In this document: in pieces, positions 50,612 to 64,000 of the stretch
Numbering within the stretch: position 1 is the stretch's first letter
How the letters are laid out: each line of letters starts with the position of its first letter
Assembly: GCA_963718235.1 (NCBI GenBank)
Contig: CAVQYR010000001.1
Span: 1,184,001-1,248,000 of the forward strand
Direction: 5' to 3'
DNA from: an uncultured Actinomycetota bacterium
Lineage (GTDB): Bacteria > Actinomycetota > Actinomycetes > JAHEKZ01
DNA: 64,000 bases
Notes under the pieces: model-generated
The model's input: only the letters and a program-made list of their open reading frames with translations
What the model was told of the DNA's origin: nothing
The model's database searches: none
Translations under genes and position numbers: made by a program

Positions 50612-50639
50612 GTGCGCCCGAGGGGCGCGTGAGCGAGGG

Positions 50640-50915
50640 TCAGGCGGCCTGTGCGCTGGCCGAGGCGAGCCGCTTGGCCATCTTCGACTTCTTGTTGGCG
50701 GCCTGGTTGGCGTGGATCACGCCCTTGCTGACGGCCTTGTCGAGCTGGCGGGACGCCTCGAGGTAGAGGGCCTGTGCCTGCTCGGTGTCGCCGGCGTCGG
50801 TGGCCTCACGGAACTTGCGCACCGAGGTCTTCAGCGACGAGCGGACCGACTTGTTGCGCTCGTGCCGCTTGGCGTTCTGCAGGTTGCGCTTGATCTGGGA
50901 CTTGATGTTGGCCAC
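50640..50915 (-). CDS. rpsT: 30S ribosomal protein S20
   Basis: [10 protein letters not shown]...[20 protein letters not shown]. Confidence 0.97.
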   Translation of the reverse strand: MANIKSQIKRNLQNAKRHERNKSVRSSLKTSVRKFREATDAGDTEQAQALYLEASRQLDKAVSKGVIHANQAANKKSKMAKRLASASAQAA

Positions 50916-51184
50916 GAAGAATCTGCCTCGTCGTTTCGTCTGGGTGGAGTCGTTGGTCGGGCGCCGGCGGCAGCCGAAGGGTCGGACTGCCGGTCCTGGC
51001 CGCCCTGGCATCCGCCCAGGGGGAGGCTGCCGCGCCGTCGCAGGCGCCCGCCAAGAATACCAGCGCCGCCCGCGCGGCGTCCAAATCGGTCCGGGCCCAG
51101 GCCCGTGGGACGATGGGGCCCCCACGAGCCCAGACCAGCCAGACCGGCCCAGACCGCCAGCCCAGCCTCCGACGAAAGCGTCCC

Positions 51185-53026
51185 GTGCCCGCGACCCCGT
51201 CCCACCGCGCTCCCGCCCCGGCGTCGACCGACCCGTCGGTGATCCGCAACTTCTGCATCATCGCCCACATCGACCACGGCAAGTCGACCCTGGCCGACCG
51301 GATGCTGCAGATCACCGGGGTGGTCGAGGCCCGTCACATGCGGGCGCAGTACCTGGACCGGATGGACATCGAGCGCGAACGTGGGATCACCATCAAGTCG
51401 CAGGCCGTGCGGCTGCCGTGGACCAGCCCGGAGGGCCGCGACCACGTCCTGAACATGATCGACACCCCTGGGCATGTCGACTTCACCTACGAGGTCTCCC
51501 GCTCGTTGGCCGCCTGCGAGGGTGCCGTGCTGCTGGTCGACGCGGCCCAGGGCATCGAGGCGCAGACCCTGGCCAACCTGTACCTGGCGCTGGAGAACGA
51601 CCTGCAGGTGATCCCGGTGCTCAACAAGATCGACCTGCCGGCCGCCCAGCCGGACAAGTTCGCCGCCGAGCTGGCCCACCTGATCGGCTGTGAGCCCGAC
51701 GACTGCCTTCGCGTCTCGGGCAAGACCGGTGAGGGGGTCGGTGACCTCCTCGACGAGATCGTGCGCCAGGTCCCGCCTCCGATAGGCGACGCGAACGCCC
51801 CCGCTCGAGCGATGATCTTCGACTCCATCTACGACACCTACCGCGGCGTGGTCACCTACGTGCGCGTCATCGACGGCCTGCTCACCCCGCGCGAGCGGGT
51901 CACCATGATGAGCACCGGCGTGACGCACGAGCTGCTCGACATCGGGGTCATCTCCCCGGAGCCGGTGTCCAGCCGTGGGATCGGAGTAGGGGAGGTCGGC
52001 TACCTGATCACCGGCGTCAAGGACGTCCGGCAGAGCCGGGTCGGCGACACCGTGACCGACGCCCTGCACAAGGCGGCCACACCACTGGCCGGGTTCCGGG
52101 ACCCGAAGCCGATGGTCTTCTCCGGTCTGTACCCGATCGACGGCTCCGACTACCCCGAGCTGCGCGACTCACTCGACCGGCTCCAGCTCAACGACGCGGC
52201 ACTGGTCTTCGAGCCGGAGACGTCCACCGCCCTGGGCTTCGGTTTTCGGTGCGGGTTCCTCGGGCTTCTGCACATGGAGATCGTGCGTGAGCGGCTGGAG
52301 CGCGAGAACGGGCTCGAGCTCATCTCCACGGCGCCCAACGTGGTGTACCGGGTGATCATGGAGGACGGCGTCGAGCACGTCGTCACCAACCCCAGCGAGT
52401 TTCCGGGCGGCAAGGTGGCCGAGGTCTTCGAGCCCGTCGTGCGGGCCACCGTGCTCGCCCCCAGCGAGTTCATCGGAACGATCATGGAGCTGTGCCAGAA
52501 CCGCCGGGGTCAGCTGCTCGGCATGGACTACCTGTCCGCCGACCGGGTCGAGCTTCGCTACACGCTGCCGCTGGCCGAGATCGTCTTCGACTTCTTCGAC
52601 AACCTGAAGTCGCGCACCCGCGGCTACGCCTCGCTGGACTACGAGCCGATGGGTGAGGCTGCGTCGGAGCTGGTGAAGGTCGACATCCTGCTGCACGGTG
52701 AGCCGGTCGACGCGTTCAGCTCGATCGTGCACAAGGACAAGGCGTACACCTACGGCGTCGCGATGGCCCAGAAGCTGAAGGCGCTGATCCCGCGCCAGCA
52801 GTTCGAGGTGCCGATCCAGGCGGCCATCGGGTCGCGGATCATTGCCAGGGAGAACATCCGGGCCATCCGCAAGGACGTCTTGGCCAAGTGCTACGGCGGC
52901 GACATCACCCGCAAACGCAAGCTGCTGGAGAAGCAGAAGGAGGGCAAGAAGCGGATGAAGATGGTGGGTCGGGTCGAGGTGCCGCAAGAGGCCTTCATCG
53001 CGGCCCTGTCGACCGAGGACTCGTGA
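51185..53026 (+). CDS. lepA: Translation elongation factor 4
   Basis: [40 protein letters not shown]. Confidence 0.98.
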   Translation: MPATPSHRAPAPASTDPSVIRNFCIIAHIDHGKSTLADRMLQITGVVEARHMRAQYLDRMDIERERGITIKSQAVRLPWTSPEGRDHVLNMIDTPGHVDFTYEVSRSLAACEGAVLLVDAAQGIEAQTLANLYLALENDLQVIPVLNKIDLPAAQPDKFAAELAHLIGCEPDDCLRVSGKTGEGVGDLLDEIVRQVPPPIGDANAPARAMIFDSIYDTYRGVVTYVRVIDGLLTPRERVTMMSTGVTHELLDIGVISPEPVSSRGIGVGEVGYLITGVKDVRQSRVGDTVTDALHKAATPLAGFRDPKPMVFSGLYPIDGSDYPELRDSLDRLQLNDAALVFEPETSTALGFGFRCGFLGLLHMEIVRERLERENGLELISTAPNVVYRVIMEDGVEHVVTNPSEFPGGKVAEVFEPVVRATVLAPSEFIGTIMELCQNRRGQLLGMDYLSADRVELRYTLPLAEIVFDFFDNLKSRTRGYASLDYEPMGEAASELVKVDILLHGEPVDAFSSIVHKDKAYTYGVAMAQKLKALIPRQQFEVPIQAAIGSRIIARENIRAIRKDVLAKCYGGDITRKRKLLEKQKEGKKRMKMVGRVEVPQEAFIAALSTEDS

Positions 53027-53097
53027 TCGAGGGTCGTTCGGCCGTCTCCTGGGCGAAATCTGGTGGACACCCGTCGTTCTCCCTAGGCTGTTGAGCC

Positions 53098-54945
53098 ATG
53101 AGCCACACTCTGACCGGCGACCCCGACGCCCCGCTCCCCTCGGTGGCGTCGTCGGTGGCCCGCATGTTCGTCGACCGCGTGAACGCCTCACCGAGACGGG
53201 AGGCGCTGCGCTTCCCCGTCGAAGGGGGCTGGGAGTCGCTCACCTGGCAGCAGACGCATACCAAGGTGTTCGACCTGGCGGCCGGTTTGATCGACCTCGG
53301 TGTGCAGCCGGAGCACCGGGTCGCGATCGTGTGCTCCACCCGGGTCGAGTGGATGCTGGCCGACCTCGCCATCATGTGCGCCGGCGCTGCGACGACGACG
53401 GTCTACCCCTCGACGGAGGCGGCCGACGTGGCCTTCATCGTCTCCGACTCCGGCGCCCAGGTCGTCATCGCCGAGGACGACACCCAGCTGGACAAGCTGC
53501 GCCAGCGCAGGGCCGAGCTGCCCCAGGTCGAGCGAGTCGTGCTTGTCGACGGGAGCCCGGACGCCGCCGACGGCGACTGGGTGATCAGCTGGAGCGAGTG
53601 GGAGAAGCGTGGTGCGGCCCGCCTCGCCGACGCTCCGGGGCTGGTCGACGAGGTGATCGAGGAGATTCGCCCGGATCAGTTGGCCACGCTCATCTACACG
53701 TCCGGCACGACCGGGCGACCCAAGGGCGTCGAGCTCACCCAGTCGTGCTGGACCTACGAGGGCGCTGCCATCGAGGCGATCGAGATCCTGCGACCGGACG
53801 ACGTCCAGTACCTGTGGCTGCCGCTGGCCCACTCCTTCGCGAAGGTGCTCATGGCGGCCCAGCTGCAGATCGGCTTCGTGACGGCGGTCGACGGTCGGGT
53901 CGACAAGATCGTGGAGAACCTCACCACCGTGCAGCCCACCTTCATGGCCGGCGTCCCGCGCATCTTCGAGAAGGTCCGGGCCAGGGTGATCCAGACGGCC
54001 AAGGGCGAGGGTGGCGTCAAGGCCAAGATCTTCGACTGGGCGTTCGGGGTCGGGGAGCAGGTGAGCCGTCGGCGTCAGCAGGGTCTGGAGCCCACCGGCT
54101 CGCTCAAGCTGCAGCACGCCGTGGCCGACCGGTTGGTCTTCAGCAAGATCAAGGCGCGGCTGGGGGGCAACATGCGCTACCTGGTCTCCGGCAGCGCCGC
54201 GCTGTCCCACGACGTCGCCGAGTGGTTCCACTCCGCGGGGCTGCTGATCCTGGAGGGGTACGGCCTCACCGAGACCAGTGCCGCCACCTGTCTCAACCGT
54301 CCGGACGGCTTCCGGTTCGCCACCGTCGGGCCGCCGTTCCCCGGCACCCAGCTCAAGATCGCTTCTGACGGGGAGATCCTGGTCCGGGGGCCCGGCGTGA
54401 TGCGCGGGTACCACGGCATGCCCGAGCAGACCGCGGAGGTGCTCGATGCCGACGGCTGGTTCGCGACCGGTGACGTCGGTGAGATCGACGAAGGTGGTCG
54501 GTTGCGGATCACCGACCGCAAGAAGGACCTCGTGAAGACCTCGGGCGGCAAGTACATCGCGCCCGGGGCGATCGAGGCACAGTTCAAGGCCATCTGTCCC
54601 ATCGCCGGCCAGATGGTCGTGCACGCCGACCGGCGCAACTTCGCCAGCGCCCTGATCACGCTCGACCCGGACACGCTTAGCCACTGGTCCGCCGATCACG
54701 GCGTCACGGGTGACTACTCCGCGATGACCCAGGACCCGACCACCCGGGCGTACGTCCAGCAGTGCGTCGACGAGCTGAACGCCGGGCTCAACCGGTGGGA
54801 GGCGGTGCGGGAGTTCCGCATCCTCGACCGCGACTTCGGCGTCGAGACCGGTGAGCTGACCCCGAGCCTGAAGGTCAAGCGCAAGGTCGTCGAGACCAAG
54901 TACGAGTCGCTGCTCGACGAGATGTACGGCGAGCCGAGGAGCTGA
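53098..54945 (+). CDS. Long-chain fatty acid--CoA ligase (AMP-binding)
   Basis: IYTSGTTGRPKG, EGYGLTET, TGDVG, DRKKDLVKTSGGKY. Confidence 0.93.
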   Translation: MSHTLTGDPDAPLPSVASSVARMFVDRVNASPRREALRFPVEGGWESLTWQQTHTKVFDLAAGLIDLGVQPEHRVAIVCSTRVEWMLADLAIMCAGAATTTVYPSTEAADVAFIVSDSGAQVVIAEDDTQLDKLRQRRAELPQVERVVLVDGSPDAADGDWVISWSEWEKRGAARLADAPGLVDEVIEEIRPDQLATLIYTSGTTGRPKGVELTQSCWTYEGAAIEAIEILRPDDVQYLWLPLAHSFAKVLMAAQLQIGFVTAVDGRVDKIVENLTTVQPTFMAGVPRIFEKVRARVIQTAKGEGGVKAKIFDWAFGVGEQVSRRRQQGLEPTGSLKLQHAVADRLVFSKIKARLGGNMRYLVSGSAALSHDVAEWFHSAGLLILEGYGLTETSAATCLNRPDGFRFATVGPPFPGTQLKIASDGEILVRGPGVMRGYHGMPEQTAEVLDADGWFATGDVGEIDEGGRLRITDRKKDLVKTSGGKYIAPGAIEAQFKAICPIAGQMVVHADRRNFASALITLDPDTLSHWSADHGVTGDYSAMTQDPTTRAYVQQCVDELNAGLNRWEAVREFRILDRDFGVETGELTPSLKVKRKVVETKYESLLDEMYGEPRS

Positions 54946-54946
54946 C

Positions 54947-55534
54947 ATGGCGGGTCCGGACGCACCCCAGGGCGGTGCGCGGGTCGACGTCCTGTGCGAC
55001 GGGTACGCCGCCGACCGGGTGGCCGGCACGGTCTCGCTGATCCGCGACGGTGACGCAGTGATCGTGGTCGACCCCGGCATGGTGGCGAACCGGTCGGTGA
55101 TCCTCGACCCGCTGGGTGAGCTGGGTGTCGACCCGGACCACGTCACCGATGTGGTGTTCAGCCACCACCATCCAGACCACACGCTGCACGCCGCGCTGTT
55201 CGCCAACGCGCGTTTTCACGACCACTGGGCGATCTACGACGGTGACGAGTGGATCGACCGTCCAGCCGACGGTTTCTCACTGTCGCCCCACGTCCGGCTC
55301 ATGGCCACACCCGGGCACACCCCGCAGGACATCTCGACCGTCGTCGCGACCCCGACTGGGGTCGTGGTGCTGACCCACGCCTGGTGGAACGCCGACGGTC
55401 CGAGCGAGGACCCCCTCGCCGACGATGCCGAACAGGTGCACGTCTCGCGCGCGGCGCTCCTTGCCCTTGAACCGGTGCTGGTGGTGCCCGGCCACGGCCC
55501 GGCCTTCCGTCCAGGAGCCAGCACGCCCGCCTGA
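54947..55534 (+). CDS. MBL-fold metallo-hydrolase
   Basis: SHHHPDH, TPGHT, VPGHG. Confidence 0.9.
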   Translation: MAGPDAPQGGARVDVLCDGYAADRVAGTVSLIRDGDAVIVVDPGMVANRSVILDPLGELGVDPDHVTDVVFSHHHPDHTLHAALFANARFHDHWAIYDGDEWIDRPADGFSLSPHVRLMATPGHTPQDISTVVATPTGVVVLTHAWWNADGPSEDPLADDAEQVHVSRAALLALEPVLVVPGHGPAFRPGASTPA

Positions 55535-55585
55535 CCCACCCGATCGGGGCGGTCCCGGCCACCACGCGGCCCCGATAGACCCTGC

Positions 55586-55777
55586 ATGAGTGCGCGGGGA
55601 CTCCTCGTCGGTGTCCTGACGTCGGCCCTCGCCCTGGGAGCAGTGCTCCCCGCGTCGGCGGGGTCCGAACCGGTGCCCCAAGGCCGAGGCGAACGGCTTC
55701 TCGTCGACGAAGAAGCGTCTGGGGCTGGGTCCCTGGTCGTCGATCTGATGGAGGCCCTGACTGAGGGCCCTGGCTGA
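55586..55777 (+). CDS. Small hypothetical secreted peptide or gene remnant
   Basis: Signal-peptide-like N-terminus (LALGAVLPASA); 63 aa. Confidence 0.4.
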   Translation: MSARGLLVGVLTSALALGAVLPASAGSEPVPQGRGERLLVDEEASGAGSLVVDLMEALTEGPG

Positions 55778-55787
55778 AGGCACTGAC

Positions 55788-55813
55788 CGCGGGTACCGAT
55801 CGCGGGTACCGAT
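55788..55813. repeat. 13-bp tandem direct repeat
   Basis: CGCGGGTACCGAT twice, followed by a partial third unit. Confidence 0.7.
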
Positions 55814-55855
55814 CGCAGGTGCTGGGCCTGCGCGGTCGTGGGACACACTGGACCC

Positions 55856-57073
55856 ATGCCCTCCGCGCTGCCCGACGGCGATCCGGTTCCGCCCGACGGC
55901 AGCCTCCCCGCGTCGGCACTGCAGGACGCGGAGTCGCGAAGTTTCGGCGTCTACGTCCACGTGCCGTTCTGTGCGGTGCGGTGCGGATACTGCGACTTCA
56001 ACACCTACACCGCGACCGAGCTGGGCGGCGGCGGCTCCCAGTCGTCGTTCGCCGGCGTCGCCTCGCGCGAGGTGCAGCTCGCCGCCCAGGTCCTCGAGAC
56101 GGCCCCTCGTCCGGTCGACACGGTGTTCTTCGGTGGCGGTACACCCACCCTGCTCTCCGTGGCGGATCTCCGGTCGATCCTGCTCGCCGTGGACGAGCAG
56201 CTCGGGCTGGCCGATACCGCGGAGATCACCACCGAGGCGAACCCGGAGACGGTGACACAACAGTCACTGGTTGCCCTTCGCGCCGCCGGGTTCAACCGGG
56301 TGTCGTTCGGCATGCAGAGCGCCGTGCCGCACGTGCTGGAGACCCTGGACCGGCTGCACACACCCGGTCGGGTGCCCGAGGTCGTCCGCTGGGCGCGCGA
56401 GGCCGGGTTCGAACAGGTGAGCGTCGACCTGATCTACGGCACCCCGGGGGAGAGCCTGGACGACTGGCGCCGGTCCCTCGAGGCCGTCGTCGCGCTGGAC
56501 GTCGACCACGTGAGCGCGTACGCGCTGGTCGTCGAGCCGGGCACGGCCCTGGCCAAGGCGGTCGACCGCGGCGACGTCGAGGCACCCGACGACGACGACC
56601 TGGCCGACAAGTACCTCATGGTCGACGAGGCGCTCAGCACTAGCGGGCTGACGTGGTACGAGGTGTCCAACTGGGCCCGACAACCCCGGGCTCGGTGCCG
56701 GCACAACCTCGGCTACTGGCGGGGGGCCGACTGGTGGGGGGTCGGGCCGGGAGCACACTCCCACGTCGGCGGAGTCCGCTGGTGGAACGTCAAGCACCCG
56801 ACGGCCTACGCGCAGGCGTTGAGCGCCGGACACTCTCCCGGTGCCGGTCGAGAGCTGCTCGACGAGCCGACCCGACGCACCGAACGGGTCATGCTCGGCG
56901 TGCGGTTGCGGGAGGGCCTGGCGATGGGCGAGGTGTCGTCGGCCGCGGTCGACGCCTTGGAGCGAGACGAGCTGGTCGACCCGGTGGCTCGGGCCGAAGG
57001 ACGGGTGGTGGTGACCCGCCGTGGCCGCCTGCTGGCCGACGCGGTCGTGCGGCGGTTGCTCGCCGACGGTTAG
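55856..57073 (+). CDS. hemW: Radical SAM heme chaperone HemW
   Basis: YVHVPFCAVRCGYCDFN, FFGGGTP, YEVSNW; upstream of hrcA. Confidence 0.93.
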   Translation: MPSALPDGDPVPPDGSLPASALQDAESRSFGVYVHVPFCAVRCGYCDFNTYTATELGGGGSQSSFAGVASREVQLAAQVLETAPRPVDTVFFGGGTPTLLSVADLRSILLAVDEQLGLADTAEITTEANPETVTQQSLVALRAAGFNRVSFGMQSAVPHVLETLDRLHTPGRVPEVVRWAREAGFEQVSVDLIYGTPGESLDDWRRSLEAVVALDVDHVSAYALVVEPGTALAKAVDRGDVEAPDDDDLADKYLMVDEALSTSGLTWYEVSNWARQPRARCRHNLGYWRGADWWGVGPGAHSHVGGVRWWNVKHPTAYAQALSAGHSPGAGRELLDEPTRRTERVMLGVRLREGLAMGEVSSAAVDALERDELVDPVARAEGRVVVTRRGRLLADAVVRRLLADG

Positions 57074-57609
57074 TGGACGATCCGCAGGGTCAGGGGGTAG
57101 CGGTAGCCCTCGCCGCGACCGGACTTGACGGCGGCGATCACCGCGAAGACGGCGCCGTAGACGAAGACCGCGATCGGCAGGAAGAACAGGATGCCGAAGG
57201 TGACCACGGCGGCGACCACGGCGACCAGCCCGGCGATGAGCAGGGTGATGTGGAAGTTCAGCGCCTCGACGCCGTTCGCTCGGGCGAACGGCCGCTGGGG
57301 TCCCGCGACCAGCATGATGACCAGTGGCCCGATGAGCGACAGCACGAAGAAGGACAGGTGGGCGAGCACCGCCCAGACGGTCTCGTCGGACTGCACGGGT
57401 GCTGGAACGGGGCCGCCGGGCTGGGTCGGCACCGGCGGCCCTGGCGGCACGGCCGGCATAGCCGGGGGAGCCGGAGGAACGGCCGGGGTCGCCGCCGGGG
57501 GAGCCGGGGGAGCCGGGGGAGCCGGAGGAACGGCCGGTGGCGTCGCTGGGGGAGCGGGGGGAGCCGCTGGGGGAGCCGGGGGGTACTGCTGCGGGTCGGG
57601 TTCGGTCAT
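57070..57609 (-). CDS. DUF4870 membrane protein with a Pro/Ala-rich N-terminus
   Basis: WAVLAHLS...EALNFHIT...YRYPL. Confidence 0.88.
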   Translation of the reverse strand: MTEPDPQQYPPAPPAAPPAPPATPPAVPPAPPAPPAPPAATPAVPPAPPAMPAVPPGPPVPTQPGGPVPAPVQSDETVWAVLAHLSFFVLSLIGPLVIMLVAGPQRPFARANGVEALNFHITLLIAGLVAVVAAVVTFGILFFLPIAVFVYGAVFAVIAAVKSGRGEGYRYPLTLRIVH

Positions 57610-57626
57610 GGCTCCATCCAACCCCA

Positions 57627-58439
57627 TCAGGGTGCGGGTGTGGTCTCGTCGGTGACGAAGTCGATCAGCTCCTCGACCCGGCCGAGCAGCGACGGCTCGA
57701 GTGCGGTGTACCCGTCGACGGCGTCGAGGAGCCGGTGCCAGGCAACGCCTGGGTCGTCACCCCATCCGAGCTCGGCGCACACGCCCTCCTTCCACGGCCG
57801 TCCGCGCGGCACCTCGGGCCACGCAGACAGCCCGATGACCTCGGGCCGGATGGCCTGCCACACGTCGACGTATGGATGGCCCACGACATGCACCTGCGGC
57901 CCCTCCGCCGCCTGGGCGAGCCTCGACTCCTTGCTGCCGGGAACGAGGTGGTCCAGCAGCACTCCCAGGCGTCGGCCGGGGCCTGGGCCGAACGCGGCGA
58001 CGGCGTCGACCAGGCCGTCGGCTCCGTGCAGGGGCTCGACGACGACCCCGGCGACACGCAGGTCGTGGCCCCACACCCGCTCGACCAGCTCCGCGTCGTG
58101 GAGCCCCTCGACCCAGATCCGGCTGGCCCGGGCGACCTGCGCGACGTGGTCGGTGACCGCCACCGAGCCGGATGCCGAGCGAAGCCGGGTCGGCCGGGCG
58201 CTGACGGGGCGCACGAGCACCACGGGTTCGCCGTCCACGAGGAACCCCGCGCCCAGACGGAACTCCCGATGGGCGCCGAACCGGTCCTCGAGGGTGACGG
58301 TCGCCTTGTCGTGGGCCACCACGGCGCCGCAGAAGCCGTCGTCGGTCTCGACCACCAGTTCGGCCTCGACGGCCAGCTCCGGCAGAGACTGTCGTCGGCT
58401 GGGCGGGCCGGCCAAGAGGTCGGATCCGTAGTCGCGCAT
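57627..58439 (-). CDS. DUF3097 domain protein
   Basis: [43 protein letters not shown]. Confidence 0.9.
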   Translation of the reverse strand: MRDYGSDLLAGPPSRRQSLPELAVEAELVVETDDGFCGAVVAHDKATVTLEDRFGAHREFRLGAGFLVDGEPVVLVRPVSARPTRLRSASGSVAVTDHVAQVARASRIWVEGLHDAELVERVWGHDLRVAGVVVEPLHGADGLVDAVAAFGPGPGRRLGVLLDHLVPGSKESRLAQAAEGPQVHVVGHPYVDVWQAIRPEVIGLSAWPEVPRGRPWKEGVCAELGWGDDPGVAWHRLLDAVDGYTALEPSLLGRVEELIDFVTDETTPAP

Positions 58440-58498
58440 ACCGGTCATCCTGCCCGCGGGTGCTCAGGCGACGCGGCAACGCGCCGCAGCACCTACAC

Positions 58499-58525
58499 TT
58501 GGCACTCGGGAATGGCGAGTGCCAG
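58499..58525. promoter_or_regulatory. CIRCE element (HrcA operator)
   Basis: TTGGCACTC-N9-GAGTGCCAG directly upstream of hrcA. Confidence 0.9.
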
Positions 58526-58536
58526 CGGAGGTGACC

Positions 58537-61402
<2,866 letters not shown>

Positions 61403-61429
61403 CGGCGGCAGGGCCCGTAGGGTGACCGC

Positions 61430-61771
61430 ATGGCTGAATCGTGTCTGTTCTGTCGCATCGTGGCCGGGGAGATACCGGCCGACGTCGTGGCGTCGACACC
61501 GTCGACCCTGGCCGTGCGGGACATCGACCCCCAGGCGCCCGTCCACGTCCTGGTCATCCCTCGGGCGCACCATCGTGACGTCGGGTCCCTCGCCGACGCC
61601 GAACCCGGGCTGGCGGCCGACCTGCTCACGGCAGCCCGCGGGGTGGCCGTGAGCGAGGGCCTGGACGACTACCGGCTGGTGTTCAACACCGGCGCGACGG
61701 CCGGGCAGTCGGTGTTCCACGTCCATGGCCACGTGCTGGGAGGGCGACCGATGAACTGGCCACCGGGTTGA
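61430..61771 (+). CDS. HIT family nucleotide-binding protein
   Basis: CLFCRIVAGEIPA and GQSVFHVHGHVLGG. Confidence 0.95.
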   Translation: MAESCLFCRIVAGEIPADVVASTPSTLAVRDIDPQAPVHVLVIPRAHHRDVGSLADAEPGLAADLLTAARGVAVSEGLDDYRLVFNTGATAGQSVFHVHGHVLGGRPMNWPPG

Positions 61772-61886
61772 GCCCGGCCGACAGTGACTCGAGACAATGA
61801 CTCCAGAGTGATCCGCAGGACAAGCACCAGCAGCGCGACCCACCGCCGCCGACGACGAGGAGTGTGAGGGCCACCCGGCCCACCTC

Positions 61887-62924
61887 ATGGGCAAGAGCCA
61901 GACCACCGACGTGATCGAGCACCGAATCGTCGTACCCACCAGCCTGTCGATGGTCAGCCTGCTCGGGTCCGGCGACGAGCTGCTGCGGGTCGTCGAGAAC
62001 GCCTTCCCGGCCACCGACATCCATGTGCGCGGCAACGAGATCACGGTCACCGGACCAGCCGACGAGGTCGGTCTGGTCGAGAGACTGGTCGACGAGCTGG
62101 TCGCAGTCCTGCGCACCGGTCAGGGCCTGTCCGCCGAGGCCGTCCAGCGCTCGGCTGCCATGCTCCGCAGCCGGGAGGCCAGCCCCGCTGAGGTCCTCAC
62201 GCACAACATCCTGAGCAGTCGCGGTCGCACGATCCGGCCCAAGACGCTCAACCAGAAGCGCTACGTCGACGCCATCGACAAGAACACCATCGTGTTCGGG
62301 ATCGGTCCTGCCGGGACGGGCAAGACGTATCTCGCCGTGGCCAAGGCGGTGCAGGCCCTGCAGAACAAGCAGGTCACCCGGATCATCTTGACCCGCCCGG
62401 CCGTCGAGGCGGGTGAGCGGCTGGGGTTCCTCCCGGGCACCCTGGCCGAGAAGATCGACCCCTACCTGCGGCCGCTGTACGACGCGCTGCACGACATGAT
62501 GGAGCCGGCCAGCATCCCGAGGCTGATGACCGAGGGGACCATCGAGGTCGCTCCCTTGGCCTACATGCGGGGGCGCACGCTGAACGACGCCTTCGTGATC
62601 CTGGACGAGGCGCAGAACACCTCTCCGGAGCAGATGAAGATGTTCCTGACCCGTCTGGGCTTCGGGTCACGGATGGTCGTCACCGGCGACATCACCCAGA
62701 TCGACCTCCCGTCCGGCACCTACAGCGGACTGAAGATCGTGCGCGACATCCTCGACGACATCGGTGACGTGCACTTCACCCAGCTCACGTCCCAAGACGT
62801 CGTGCGTCATCGTCTGGTCAGCGAGATCGTCGAGGCGTACCACCGGCACGACGTCGCCACCGAGGGCGCACAGGGGCCAAAGGGCCGGTCGCGTCGCCCC
62901 GGACGTGCAGGGGACCGCCGATGA
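61887..62924 (+). CDS. phoH: PhoH family ATPase
   Basis: [29 protein letters not shown]. Confidence 0.95.
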   Translation: MGKSQTTDVIEHRIVVPTSLSMVSLLGSGDELLRVVENAFPATDIHVRGNEITVTGPADEVGLVERLVDELVAVLRTGQGLSAEAVQRSAAMLRSREASPAEVLTHNILSSRGRTIRPKTLNQKRYVDAIDKNTIVFGIGPAGTGKTYLAVAKAVQALQNKQVTRIILTRPAVEAGERLGFLPGTLAEKIDPYLRPLYDALHDMMEPASIPRLMTEGTIEVAPLAYMRGRTLNDAFVILDEAQNTSPEQMKMFLTRLGFGSRMVVTGDITQIDLPSGTYSGLKIVRDILDDIGDVHFTQLTSQDVVRHRLVSEIVEAYHRHDVATEGAQGPKGRSRRPGRAGDRR

Positions 62925-63388
62925 CGATCGACGTGAACAACGAGTCCGGGGTTCCCGTCGACGAGGAATCACTCGCGGCGTTGGCCCGGTTCCTGCTCGA
63001 CGCGCTGCACATCCACCCGCAGGCGGAGCTGTCCATCCTGCTGGTCGACGAGGACACGATCGCCCGGCTGCACGAGCGCTGGATGGACGAGCCGGGGCCG
63101 ACCGACGTGATGGCCTTCCCGATGGACGAGCTGCGGGTCACCGACCCCGACGCGGAGCCGCAGCCGGGCCTCCTCGGTGACGTCGTCCTGTGTCCTGGGG
63201 TGGCCGAGCGCCAGGCCGCATCGGCCGGTCACGGCGTGCAGGACGAGCTGTTCCTGCTGTGCACCCACGGTGTGCTGCACCTGTTGGGCTACGACCACCA
63301 CGAGCCCGACGAGGAGCGCACGATGTTCGGCCTGCAGGCACGCCTGCTCGCCTCCTGGCAGGCTGTGCGCGCAGATGGTCCGGCATGA
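62921..63388 (+). CDS. ybeY: rRNA maturation RNase YbeY
   Basis: PTDVMAFP and [11 protein letters not shown]. Confidence 0.96.
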   Translation: MTIDVNNESGVPVDEESLAALARFLLDALHIHPQAELSILLVDEDTIARLHERWMDEPGPTDVMAFPMDELRVTDPDAEPQPGLLGDVVLCPGVAERQAASAGHGVQDELFLLCTHGVLHLLGYDHHEPDEERTMFGLQARLLASWQAVRADGPA

Positions 63389-64000
63389 CCGCCTCCGACG
63401 TGTGGCTCTTGGTGCTGGCGGGCGTGCTCGTCGTTCTTGCAGCGGTCCTGTCCGGGGTCGACGCCGCGGTGTCGCGGGTCAGCCGGCATGCCGTGGACGA
63501 GGCCGTCCGCGAGGGGCGTCGCGGTGCCGTCCGTCTTCAGCAGCTGGTCGTCGACCCCGCTCGCTACCTGAACGTCGCCCTGTTCCTGCGGATCGGCAGC
63601 GAGATCACGGCGACCGTCATCGTCACCCTGGTCGTCCTCGACCTGTTTCCCGAGACGTGGGAGGCGGTGGTCGTCGCCAGCGTGACGATGGTGGTCATCG
63701 CCTACGTGTTCATCGGCGTCGCACCGCGCACCCTCGGCCGGCAGCATGCGACCCGGATCGCTGTGACGGCAGCGCCAACCTTGCACGCAGTCGCCACCCT
63801 CCTCGGTCCGCTCACCCGGCTGCTCATCCTCATCGGCAACGCACTCACACCTGGCAAGGGGTTTCGCGACGGGCCGTTCACGTCGGAGGCGGAGCTGCGC
63901 GATCTCGTCGACCTGGCCGAGGAGCGCTCACTGATCGAGGACGACGAGCGGCAGATGATCCACTCGGTCTTCGAGCTGGGTGACACGCTGGCCCGCGAGG
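63385..64000 (+). CDS. Hemolysin family / CNNM (DUF21-CBS) membrane protein (runs off the right edge)
   Basis: Manual translation [23 protein letters not shown]...[11 protein letters not shown]...[10 protein letters not shown]...[11 protein letters not shown]. Confidence 0.9.
   Translation, partial: MTASDVWLLVLAGVLVVLAAVLSGVDAAVSRVSRHAVDEAVREGRRGAVRLQQLVVDPARYLNVALFLRIGSEITATVIVTLVVLDLFPETWEAVVVASVTMVVIAYVFIGVAPRTLGRQHATRIAVTAAPTLHAVATLLGPLTRLLILIGNALTPGKGFRDGPFTSEAELRDLVDLAEERSLIEDDERQMIHSVFELGDTLARE

Noticed and set aside
55961-55970. GTGCCGTTCT matching the repeat's left arm
   Set aside because: It lies in hemW coding sequence (VPF codons) and has no right arm.
57410-57600. Tandem GGGGGAGCC repeats
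   Set aside because: They encode the Pro/Ala-rich N-terminus of the DUF4870 protein.

Overview
High-GC actinobacterial chromosomal window. From 7.6 kb to 64 kb it is largely conserved core genome: tRNA-Gly/tRNA-Pro, tig-clpP-clpP-clpX, valS, folC, ndk, mreBCD-mrdA-rodA, the TIGR03960/TIGR03936 radical SAM pair, rne-rplU-rpmA-obgE, proBA, nadD, rsfS, tRNA-Ala, leuS with a Leu leader-peptide attenuator, degV-plsY-comEA-comEC-holA, rpsT, lepA, hemW and CIRCE-hrcA-dnaJ-rsmE-HIT-phoH-ybeY. A few genes are inserted among these (gadB, GH26-like, GGDEF). valS and mrdA carry frameshifts that are probably assembly errors. The notable region is the first ~7.6 kb, just past the 3' end of tRNA-Gly. It is an array of small, unrelated detox/resistance-type genes (2H phosphoesterase, two DinB, NUDIX, methyltransferase, secreted protein, APH-family kinase, MBL fold, SnoaL, NAD epimerase). 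Nearly every intergenic gap holds one copy of a conserved 38-39 bp site (GTGCCGTTC-N20/21-GATCCGGCA, CG at positions 15-16, usually followed by CGCGCTCG). This resembles an integron-like cassette array with non-attC sites, but no recombinase is visible in the window. All calls are by eye; no database searches were run.
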